From Psammoneis japonica (Eukaryota), in contig QPGO01000212.1 of the NCBI GenBank assembly GCA_008632985.1, forward strand, positions 1 through 64,000: DNA of 64,000 nucleotides, in the 5' to 3' direction. Below are positions 12,516 through 23,232 of this stretch, in pieces. The number at the start of each line of letters is the position of its first letter. Position 1 is the stretch's first letter. Below the pieces are notes generated by a model, which did not search any database, was not told where the DNA came from, and saw nothing but the letters and a program-made list of their open reading frames with translations. The position numbers were made by a program, and so were the translations under genes.

Positions 12516-13019
12516 GTTCTTTCGCCATCATGGCGTCGGCTTGAATTGTCGACAATTAAGGCTGCTGTTGGGGACATGGACGCATGGTTGTGTGTTGTCG
12601 CTGATGACCGTGCACGTCAAGTCCTTCGAGTGATTGCGTGAAAAGCCGATTTCCATTTTCACTGATGTCACTTCACATCACTCTTCCCATTCTCACAACT
12701 TCGCAACAATACCAAACGTCAACTCTCTTTTTGTATTCATGTTGCATGTCACAATTCCAGTCCGCGAGAATCCCAGTCTCGTTGCCAAAATTGAGAGTGG
12801 TACGGCTTGTCGAAGTCCGTGTCACTGTCGGGTGGATGAGCCCAATAATTAAACGCCATGTGAATGCCACCACCCAATGCCAGCTGGTAGATACAAAACA
12901 TCACCAGCTTGCAGGAATAGAGTTTGTAGTTCAGCGGGCGACTGCCCGTCCTGCCTCTTTTCTCGGACCACAAAGTTTGGTGGAGTCGAATCAATTCTTG
13001 TTTTCTTGTTGCAGCTACG

Positions 13020-13760
13020 TTAACTGGATTCCTTATCTATGGATCCAGACCAGGTGCCATCGCTGTTCTCAGATTCGCAAGTGTCGTCCTGCACCAAAGC
13101 CAAATCGATTGCAGTGTCACCACCATCCTGATGCTGTTGACTCGCGGCAGGATCGTCACAGATCAAAGACGACTCTTCCTTGCTATCACTGCTTCCATCA
13201 TCATCATTAACATTCCCATCGTTCTCCATTTCAATATCCAAGAGCTCCTCTTCAATTTTATCGAGCTCTTCTTCGAGAATTGTTTGTCACTCTCGACACT
13301 TTTGTTTTCGTTTAGCTTTTGTACAATTTCTTCGTTTCGTATTTCCAGTTGAACAACACGTTCCACGGACTCGAGTGCTCCATCCGGCCGTATCGGTCCT
13401 CCTCCCATCTGCTCCGCGTACACAATGCGCCCATTGCTGTACAACTTGTGCAAGGTTCCCGCCATTTCAAATTGATGGACGACGCAGTCGGGCGGAGCAA
13501 TCCGAATCGTCTTGCAACCCGCCACGAGGCAATAAAGATTGTCGTGAAAGTCGTGATGCAATCCCGAAGAAGACAAACCCGTGGACGATGACCGTCCCAT
13601 CCAAAGATTGCCCACCGACATGGGAGTCAGGTTCCCCAAGAGATCCGGTCTAAGCGGAATAAGGTTTGAATCTAGCAGTAACTTTGTCAACCAGTTGAAC
13701 ACATCCGGTCGTCCTTCATCACAGGTACCAAACGTCTGAGTAGTCTTGTAGTATTCAGCG
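13020..13760 (-). pseudogene. JmjC/cupin-like 2OG oxygenase fragment (frameshifted or unresolved exon structure)
   Basis: YYKTTQ...DEGRP...PLRPDLLGNL...NLWMG...SSGLHHDFHDNLYCLVAGCKTIRIAPP contains the JmjC HxD motif. There is an apparent frameshift near 13280 into an acidic tract, and no clean start was found. Confidence 0.7.
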
Positions 13761-14029
13761 CATGTATTTTTGTCACTCTACCTTAATTCTTCCAGTTGTT
13801 ATGCTCCCCACATGCCGGATCTTCTTCCCGAGCTGGATGATGCTTGCCTTCGAAAATTCGCATCCTTCATTGACCTCACTAAAGCGCCTTAGTTTCCCTG
13901 GGGTTTTTGGCGGCTTCCAGAGAAACGGCTCTGTCTCTGCTGTTGTCAGTGATTGAAACTCATGCGGTGGATGACGACTTTAGGACTCGATTGGTCACAG
14001 TCCATCGCATCGTACGTAAGAATCCCCGG

Positions 14030-15859
14030 TCACTTTATTGCATCTTTCAACAATGCCCAATTTGGTGCAGTCTTTCGCCTTTCCTTCTTTGTCAGTCTAC
14101 CTGTATCCTCTCTTGTCGTCCGCCTTTTCTTATCGGGTTGTTTCTTACCGACAAATGCTGCACGCCACTTTCGTAGTTTGACGAGCGTGGCCTTCAAATC
14201 CCTCAACTCGGATTGCATCGATCCTTGCGCATGCGGACTGAATGCAGGGCATGGGTAGGGCTGCATACTTGGCGGTAGTGACTGGTAGAATGGATCCATC
14301 AACCGCTCCTCCCAAACACGTTCAAGTTGGATCCGCCCTTCCAATGACTCGATCATGACATCATACAAATCTTCGCAAACCGAAGCAGCTGCATCAACAT
14401 CCTTACATGATCCAACATCATCCCTTATTTTGTCTTTCTTGGCAACTCTTTGTAGCAGACCGAGAGTTTCGATTGAACGTTGTTCGACCTCGAGGTACCA
14501 CTTTGACAGCAGTTTCATTGGTTCGTGCCAATACGGATGCAACGATGCGTGCAATTCGCCTTGAACATGCCATTGATGCAACCATTCAAACTGGAGCTCC
14601 TGCAGTAGCTGTTGTTCCGCCCTTGCCTTTTTTACCAAAGTGAGTCTCTTGCTTCTTCCGCTGAGTGCCTGCGGCTCCTTCTTTCGTGGTTCCTTCTCCT
14701 CCTCACGTAGTATGCTTTGGCATTTGTCTCGAATGTACTGCCATGTACCGCGTCCCTCGCGAGCAACGCGATGCGTGGAACTGTACCGCACTTGTTCTTG
14801 TCCAGCTATTACTGCGTGTTCATGTTTGTGGTTGAAATCATCCAGCAAATAATAAAGAGTGCCACTGGGCAACGGCACTGCCAAAGGCGGTGTTGGGAAG
14901 TCCTTGCCAGACACTCGAAGAGCCACTCTCCATGGCGTACCCGCATTGTCCCTTGACAGTTGTTCTCCACCTCGTAATGAGTGATAGACTGCAATAGAAG
15001 AGAAATCCATCAAGCCTGAATCCCGATGCCAACTGACGCTCGTTTTGCCCATTCCGTAAAGAGGGTCTTGTTTCAAGTCTCGTTTGGTATTCGACGGCTC
15101 CATTCGATTCACAAGCGTTAACGAGTAGCTCGCAGACCCGACGAGTCCATCCTTGACATGAGGCTTCACGTTTTCTTCCAGGGATCGGTGAGTTCTTTCT
15201 TTGAGATTACAATTCAGTTGGCCCATCAACCACAAGGCCTTTGCAACCTCACGGGAATACCCCAAACCGACGAGATATGATACGGTTTCGTCTTCACCAC
15301 CATCTTTTTGCTTGGAAGAGGACATAGGATAAGTGCTCCATGGATGTGAAAAGAGCCGCAACCCCAAATAGCGATAGGTCGATCCTGGATTTCCAATGAG
15401 AGTTCGTGTAACCTGAGTTTGTGATACCTTTTTGCCCCCTGCCTGAATGGCGTCATAGAGGAACAGCCCGTTTTTGTACAATGCATCAAATGCCAGATCA
15501 AAGTTTGTATGAATTGACTGTGGTAAGCAATTCGGATTCTCCCATACAAAGCCTCGATAACATTCCTTTTGGCAGGAGTCAAACAGTTTGCCATCTTGCT
15601 CTGGCGTCAAGTACAGGCGATTATTCTCTCTGCTTTTCAATGACGCTTGATACTCTTCTTGGAAACTCCATAGTGGTGGATCTGGTGTGGATTCAGCGGT
15701 TCCTCGGTGGCGCTTGAGATTTGATGCCAAAGATAAGGTCTTCCGACCATCTCTTGTTTGCTTCGGATGGAGTTCGTCACGGCAGGGTGCGGTTGGCACT
15801 TTCTCCGGATCCCTTTTGACCTCCGATCGTTGACGCTTCTTCTTGCTGGACTTTCCCAT
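14030..15859 (-). CDS. FTO: FTO-like alpha-ketoglutarate-dependent dioxygenase (m6A/m3T nucleic-acid demethylase family)
   Basis: FTO motifs RTLIGNPGSTYRYLGLRLFSHPW, YGMGKTSVSWHRDSGL (HxD), DDFNHKHEHAV (H), RYSSTHR and the C-domain FEWLHQWHVQG. Intact and intronless; ATG at 15859. Confidence 0.93.
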   Translation of the reverse strand: MGKSSKKKRQRSEVKRDPEKVPTAPCRDELHPKQTRDGRKTLSLASNLKRHRGTAESTPDPPLWSFQEEYQASLKSRENNRLYLTPEQDGKLFDSCQKECYRGFVWENPNCLPQSIHTNFDLAFDALYKNGLFLYDAIQAGGKKVSQTQVTRTLIGNPGSTYRYLGLRLFSHPWSTYPMSSSKQKDGGEDETVSYLVGLGYSREVAKALWLMGQLNCNLKERTHRSLEENVKPHVKDGLVGSASYSLTLVNRMEPSNTKRDLKQDPLYGMGKTSVSWHRDSGLMDFSSIAVYHSLRGGEQLSRDNAGTPWRVALRVSGKDFPTPPLAVPLPSGTLYYLLDDFNHKHEHAVIAGQEQVRYSSTHRVAREGRGTWQYIRDKCQSILREEEKEPRKKEPQALSGRSKRLTLVKKARAEQQLLQELQFEWLHQWHVQGELHASLHPYWHEPMKLLSKWYLEVEQRSIETLGLLQRVAKKDKIRDDVGSCKDVDAAASVCEDLYDVMIESLEGRIQLERVWEERLMDPFYQSLPPSMQPYPCPAFSPHAQGSMQSELRDLKATLVKLRKWRAAFVGKKQPDKKRRTTREDTGRLTKKERRKTAPNWALLKDAIK

Positions 15860-16326
15860 CGTTTGGAATCCTGAAAGCACGCTACTGATTATGGTATCTG
15901 GTCAATTACTGTAATCGCCGAAGCGAAGCGGTCCACATCAACATGTCATGGCCAAACAATAACAACGGTACCGTACCGTAAAAGGGAGGTTGTGGTTGCC
16001 GTTGGGTCTGACGGGCGGCGGGCGGGTGGCTATCAAGGCGTGATGTAACCTTACATACAAGTACATACAGTATGTATGCGTCAAGGTATGCGTGATGTGC
16101 TGTATGATTGTACTTACCGTTCTACGCACGTGGCAAACATGCCAAGAATCGTGATGCTGAAGTCAGAATGAACTATCTACGGGTACGTAGTAAAACAAAA
16201 AGCTAACTCCATACCGGTACATAGCACGGGCGAAATCCAAAATGCATGTGAAAAAAGCAACACAAGTCAACACGCTGTTGTCAACAAGAAGAGCAAGAGA
16301 ACTTGCTCGTTGTAGAAGACAAGACG

Positions 16327-17517
16327 ATGTTAGTCAATCCAGGCAAACCAGACCATAGGTGGGATAAGAAAATCACCGACATTGTGCTTGATCCCGCCAT
16401 GATGCTTTTGCTGGATTTACGAGATGAGGAAAGCCTCAGCCACGACATTCTTTCTGTCTTGGGTTTTCACGAGACGTCCGATTTAGATGTTGCTGTGTCA
16501 AGCATGGAGCGTTTTTTGAAGCATCTATTGGGGAAACGCATAGATGGAAAGGAAGAATTTATTCGCTGTGAAGTTGAATTATGGGATCGGTTGAAGCTCA
16601 AAACAAACCGCAGCCGCTTGACCCGCACGCTATCAACCTTGCTACGGGAAAAGAAGGAGGCTATTTTCAACTCCAAACTCAACATTTTCGTCAACAAAAC
16701 ATTCACCGCCAGTCAGGTTTTGAAGATTGATTTGAGCTTCTTGCCCGACGAATTCTTTTACGACGACATGCTCCACGAGATGAGAGAAAAGATTGAGAAA
16801 CCGGCGACTCCCGCTTTTAAGTACGTGTTTGAGCACATTTCTCTCTGCCACTCTTGTTGTGTACATCTCGTTCCATCTAACTTGTTTTGCGTTTTCTCTC
16901 ATTGAATTGATAGAATGACTGGAGGGTTGCACTTTTGCCCCGTCAAGGACAGCGACAGCTTCCAATTAAGTCACCAAGAACGGTTCACGTCGTTTCTCAG
17001 GTCCGTCATGAAACAAGTCATGATCAAGTACGGTGGCGCTCAAGGAAATCATGCACTTGGTTGGCAGCTTGGTTTCCTGTGGACAGACGAAGGTGCCGTT
17101 GAACAAGATCCCCACGTGGATTATGAACATAAAGCGATGGTGAAGTTTTTGAGAAACTGCGCCGCAAAACGGTGCGGCAAGGTGTGCCTCCCGTACTCGA
17201 TGGACTTGCCATTGCAGAAGGGTGGAATGAAGCTCAACTACTATGGACCCGATGATTTTCTGTTTGAAGAGCCACTTGTGATTGAATGCCCATTCAAACA
17301 GTGCATTGTTTGGCGCGGAGATGCTGTTCACGGTGGGGGGCATCGTGATATTAATGGAGGCGGCGGATTCCGTGCCCACGGGTATTTGCACATGAATGCC
17401 GGCGGCACAGCTGGCATGTCCAACACGGTTCTTGCCATCATTGACTGGCGGGATTCGTCCAAATGCCACACGAGGTATTCAAACTATCTCAAGAGGTCCA
17501 CCGGCCAGCCCTTCTGA
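16327..17517 (+). CDS. Two-exon gene (16327-16820, 16914-17517) with C-terminal 2OG-Fe(II) dioxygenase-like domain
   Basis: A 93 nt intron at 16821-16913 (GTACGT...CTAAC...TAG) joins two in-frame ORFs. Motifs QDPHVDY (HxD), WRGDAVHGGG (H) and FRAH (R). Confidence 0.7.
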
Positions 17518-17857
17518 TCCAGTTGTAGTTTTAAGTTAGAACACATCTTAAATGCTCTAGAGTTTTGATGACAACTGTGCTACAGTGGCATTGATAACTA
17601 TCGTGATTTGAATGGAGGCGGCGGATTCGGAGCCCAGGTATTTTTGCACATGAATGCCGGCGGCACAGCTGGCATGTCCAACGGTTCTTGCCATCATTGA
17701 CTGGCGGGATTCGTCCGAATACCACACGAGGTATTTTCAAACTATCTCAAGAGGTCCACCGGCCGGCCCTTCTGATCCCGTTGTAGTTTAAGTTAGAACA
17801 ATATGTTTTTAAATGCTCTAGACTTTTTGATGACAACTGTGCTACAGTGGCATTGAT
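17344..17857 (+). repeat. Tandem duplication (~255 bp x2) of the 3' end and UTR of the oxygenase gene
   Basis: gtgat..aatggaggcggcggattc...ctacagtggcattgat occurs at ~17344-17596 and ~17602-17857; the second copy has small indels. Confidence 0.85.
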
Positions 17858-17949
17858 CCAGTTGGTAGTTTTAGAACACATGTAAATGCTCTCTACTCTC
17901 TACCGTACTCTAGCCCCACACCCAGCGCGAACCATGCAATCAGCTGCAT

Positions 17950-20900
17950 GCAATGGTTCGCCGCGCGAAATCACGAATGCGCGCGATAATTCCTGCCCCG
18001 AACCACCGAGTGGTTCGCGGTGCGCCAAAAACGACCCGACAAACGATGGGGAAAAATGTGAAAGACAACGAGGTGTCTGTGGTAACTTTACATAAATCGA
18101 TACAGTGACGTTTGTTTGACACAATGTATGCTTTATTTTAGCTCTTTGCTCCATTCTCAAAAGTCTCCGCACTGCTGCCGTGTGTTGTTCATCGTCGAAC
18201 CACATTTTTCTGGTGAATTTTGGCATTTGACCCCTGTGTGGGACAGTGACGTTGATGACTTTGCCACGGCACATATTTTCTCAACATTTGTGGATTTATG
18301 ACATGGAAATGATGTTGAAAACTTCCCACTCCTTCCATCCAGAGGTGAGGCCTTGGGGGGCGCCATGATGTGGCACACTGGTCCAGTCTCTCAACAATGA
18401 ACTTGAGCTGTGCCAACAAACCAAGTTCCAGCATCTGTTTGTTGAATTTGCATTCCCTGAACACATTTCCTTCAGCCAATCCATTTTTTGTTGTGTCCAA
18501 GTTGAAAAACAAAAGGGTGAGCAGGATCATCCTCTTGACATGGATGGCTGGCGACTGAACGCAAAATCTCAACCTCGCACTTTGGGCATTTGCACATCTC
18601 CTGTGGAGCATTCGGCCCCGTTGCACCGTGCACTGTGACATGCAGCTTGAACTGCATGACCATGGAACACCCTGAACCCTCCTTGCATGGTTTTTTCATG
18701 AACGACAGGTTTCCATTGAATGTGTCAGAGAACTTGTTCACCTTGCCATGTGGCTGTTTGAGTTGGAATTTCCGCTTGACTCCCTTTTGTTCCTGGCATT
18801 TTTGGCAACAGAGTTTGGTCAGATCAAACACAAACCCCACCTCTTTCCAGATGAACTGTGTGGTTTATCCACTCTTCTCCAGAAACTGATGCTGTCTGTG
18901 CTGCACTGCTTGATCTGCTGAAGGAGTGTTTCTTCCTCAGTTTTCTTTCTGGTCTTTTTCCCACAAGCAGAGTCAGGTTCGTCCTGGCAGTCAAGATCAA
19001 AGCGCAAAGTCGATCTGATGGGATTGAGCCTGCAGCCTGGACAATTCCAACAAGAAGCATTGGTTTTGAGTCTGCACCATTGACAACAGGTGCCCTTTCC
19101 CACCCGCGAAAACTGGAACAGGGCACAGATCCTCACAGCGCCAAGTCAAAGTGATGCACATGACTTTGCCGCCAAAATCTGAGAAGTGAGCCAAAGTTGC
19201 CTCATCTGAAGAAGTTGGTTTCTTGACTTCTTCATGTTTTAACTGGTGGCCCTTGATGCACTCTTCTCTCATCTGACACTTTCCAAAGGCAGAGATGTCC
19301 ACTTGCGTGTGGTCGCGCAGGATGGGTGTCTCTTCACGACATTGCTCTTCCCTCAGGAACCGGATCATGTGCTCCCCTGATGGACCTTGTTTCTTCCATT
19401 TGGCCCAGAACTTGACAAAGAACTGATTGCAACCTGGCAAGTAGAAAAGACCGTGCTCTGTTGGCAAACTCAACAGTTCCTTTAATGTGTGCTGGAAGAA
19501 TTTCTCCGTTGGGACACAAGATGACAGAGCATGGGGTGCAATGCACACAGTCAAGGAAAAAGTGATCAAACTTTGTGTCGGACAACAGGGTGCATCACTC
19601 ACTTAACAGATGCAAACTGAGAATGTCAAGCTGAGTGTGTTTGGGAGAGGAAGTGTGCCATTGCCTCTTGTCAATGGTGCAAACATCACAACCAATTTCT
19701 TGCAGCCATGACATCTGAGTACTGTCGCGCCCATCTTTGTCACTGCCATTTGCATCTCCTCTGATTTCCACTCCAATTGTCAACACTCCACTGCTGAAGG
19801 AGACTTTTTCATCCAGTTCTGCACCAGTTGCAGTGGGACAGTGACTGTCAACATTGTCCAAGTCCTGCCAAGCTGTGTCGTTGCTGTCATCCACAACTTC
19901 TTCCCTTTGTGTGTCTGCACTTGCATTGCTTTTAGACATCCTTTCCAGCTGGGACAGAAGAGTGAGTGTGGCGCTGGCAAGTGACTCAAGAGAACAGTCA
20001 GAACCAGACAACACATGCAATGACTTGCACCCATTGCTTGGCAGGCCTTTCATTTTTTCTTTTGGAAACAGCGAGCAGAGGACATCTTTTTTGTGGCTCT
20101 TTTGCAATTGAGCTCCTCTGGCTCTGACAGCACAGCTTCCTTCAAACCTGATCTAATGTGGGATGGATGTGCTGGCCACTTGGCAAATTCCCCATGCTGA
20201 TTTGGGTCAAAAACATCACTCTTCCCACTGGCCTTAAAGGAAAACAATTTTGCATCAAAGGCATCAGCCAATCTCCTTTTCTTCAAAGACAAATGGACAG
20301 GACCTCTGCGCAACACCCATCAGGCAGGAGAACAACACAGCCTCACATTGTTGTCAAGTTGTTGCTCTGCTTGACAGGGTGCAAGATGAACAGGCAGTGG
20401 ACACAGGTGTGACGGTGGCACAGAAAAGTTCCCAGGAAACCCAGTTTGCAGTTCACCAATGGAGGCAACTGACTTGGATGGCACTGAGGAGGTGGAGGTG
20501 GCAGTGGCAGACAATGCAATTGTTGAGTGTGACTAGGATGGTGCTGAGCAGGTGGAGGTCAAGGATGACAGAATTGTTTTGTTGGACCAAATGGAGGCAG
20601 AGGACAATGCCATTGTTTGGTTGGACCAAAGGGAGGAAGAAAAGACTTCACTGGTCTGCCCTTGGGCAGTGGGTTTGCCATCATTCTGCAAGGTGGAATC
20701 ATGACGACATTGATGTGTGTTGCTGTCAATGTCCCCAAGTGACAAAGGAAAGTGTTGGTTTGTTTGGTCAGAACCAATGTTGATGACAACCATGCATTGA
20801 TGAGCAATTGAATGTGTGGTGCTGTTGTTTGTGGCATCAGTGGAACACAAAAATGAACATGTTTTGTCTTTGATTGTTTTGCTTGTGAGTGAAGATTGCG

Positions 20901-22846
20901 TTGACACAGAAATGTTTCCCAAATGGAAAGGATTCATTGTTGTTGACTGAGATTGTGTTTTGCAACATTGTTCCCATTGACATTTTTGATGTTGGCACAC
21001 TGTTGCTCATTGGATCCATTTGGATTACAACCAATGAAGGTTGCACTGGGGTGGGCTCAACATCTGCAGACACCAACATGCAGAGTCAATGCAGAGGAAA
21101 TGCAGGGTGCTGGTGCCCATCCAGGAATGCTGGCAACATGTCATTTGCCACAGAGAAATGCCCTGGCATCTGATGCAACAATGACAACCTTTGTTGCAGG
21201 AAAGGTGGGACTCTGCTTTTGGGGGTGCTGTCAACCAGTTTAAGTGGCACAAGGCAGACCATCGTTCTGATGCAGTTGGAGTGACTGTTTCCAAATGGAC
21301 GTCTGTTGTTACACCGGCGGATGCAGAAACTACCCACATCAACATGCCATTGTTAATGTGGCACCAACTGATTGCCAATGGTCATTGGTGCTTGATTGAA
21401 AATGGGCTGAAAGTGCAAAATCAATGGGTGCAGAAAGTTTGCCAGGTGGCCAACCACTTTGTGTCGCGCTCATGCAGAGTTTGTCCAGTGGGAAGGCAGA
21501 GAGAAATTGCATTTGGTTGAAAGGAGATCCACCAAACAAAAGATGGGCAACGCGGTGAGGATGCCAATGAAAAGGACAAAATGAACAACACTGCATTTTC
21601 AAAGCTTCATGGTGACAAAAGAATTGCTGCACTGCATCACAACCTTGACCAACAAGAAGCCAGCAGTGCAACAGCAGTTGGAGGGAAATCACCATGCAAG
21701 CAAATGTGCAGCAGATGAAAATGAAAAGGCAGAAGGAGTTGAGCTTGCAGAAGAAGTGTTGGGTCTTCTGCTGGACTTCCCCCTTCTCAAAGATGATTCT
21801 GCAAAGAGGATCACTTCACATGCAGCAGTCCACGCTCCAGCCACTTGCTCGAGATCTAACTTTTGGTCAAAGGGAGAAATGCATCATGATTTTCTCAAGA
21901 CAGATTTGAGCCAAGGGTGCAAAATGCTTGTGCTGTTTTTGTTCCTTGACAACACAACTGAGGATGATGGAGCCATTGAAATTTGGCTGGACAGCTGCAA
22001 AAATGTCTTAAACAAGAAAAAGAGTGAAAGACAGTTGGGCAGGTTGGGTTTGGAAAAAAATCTGTTGGCAAGTGCAGCAGGATCCGCTTTTGTTTTCAAT
22101 TCCAGGATGTTGCGCAGATCATTGCCAAACAAAACAGAGTCAAATTGGAAGGACACGGTGTGTTTGATCCACAATTTTGAATTGGTCAAAGTGCAGTGGT
22201 GTGTTTTTTTTTAATGTTGGGATCAACAGCGGCACTCAAACTTGCTGTTTGTCCAGAGTTGCGTTTTAATGATGCAGGCCTTGTGTTGCTCTGGAGGGAA
22301 ACCAACGATGGACAAATGCCACAGACATGTGCAAAGAGAATGGCAAATGGATTGACCTGGATTTGCACTGCCAAAAAAAGACACCAGACAATGCCAAGAA
22401 GTGCAGTGTCACACCAGACCTTTTTTGGGGGGGCGAGACTTTCGTTTGGCATCCTTTGCAGTGTCGTTCCTTGTGGAGTGTCTTGGCTCCGTGATTCCAT
22501 CTCTTTTTTTGGTGTGCTTGTGCAGAATGAGGTGTTTGTTTGCCTTGCCACCCCATGATGGATTGTCTTTGCAGGTGGGGACAAAAAGGGCTCATGTGTC
22601 CATTTGTGAGCACAGCCACAAAACATTGCATCCAGAGATGCTGCTGCCATTCCCTCCACACACTCGTTGGTCAAGCCTTGAGGCGATTCTGTGTTGAGTT
22701 GTCATTGAACAGCATCTGCCCATTGCAATTGTTGAAGAAAATCTTGGTGTTGTTCTGCCGGTGCAATCCACAAACTGCTTTGTCGTCAGAAAGAAATGAG
22801 CCATTGATCAAAGTGGCGTCACCACCAGGTGGGGTGGGCCAAACAC
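17950..22846. mobile_element. Large, heavily decayed repeat/TE of unknown class (continues beyond the Copia insertion at 28699)
   Basis: Abrupt switch to TpA- and CpG-depleted, TG/CA-rich sequence with broken coding remnants. No transposase motif was recognised. Confidence 0.4.
21609..22214 (+). pseudogene. PhyH-like 2OG-Fe(II) dioxygenase remnant
   Basis: HHDF...LVLFLFLDNTTEDDGAIEIWLDS...AGSAFVFNSRMLRRSLPN follows the PhyH-family motif order, with the distal His replaced by Arg. Confidence 0.55.
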
Positions 22847-23042
22847 TGACAGAATGCCGAAGGTCAATGATGACAAAGGTGTGAAAGACTCCCTGAAGTA
22901 CCAGGACTGTGACAACACGAGCACCAGCAGATGAGAAAGTGAGAAGCAGATCTCAGAGAGATCTGCTCGTCCATCTGAATGGTCTGGCCATCATCCGCAT
23001 CCAGTCTGTCCATCACACGACATGCAGATGAGCAGGCTGACA
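22847..23042 (-). repeat. 3' LTR of Copia element
   Basis: tgacagaatgcc...gctgaca, homologous to 28503-28698. Confidence 0.92.
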
Positions 23043-23232
23043 CCCTGCCCTGATCTGTGATGTCTCAACATAGAAAACAGGACAGATCAAACCAAAGAAT
23101 GGGGATGATGCAGGGAAACAGAGAGACCAGACATGGGACACGATAAGTGTCCATGCCCAGTGCGCCATCAAACAAGGGGGCAACACGCAGCAGGGAGGCC
23201 ACCGCGGAAAAAACATCAACAGCAGTGTCCCA

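Noticed and set aside
13760..14030. FTO-JmjC fusion gene
   Set aside because: FTO ends with a stop at 14030, and no continuous frame or convincing splice path to the JmjC fragment was found.
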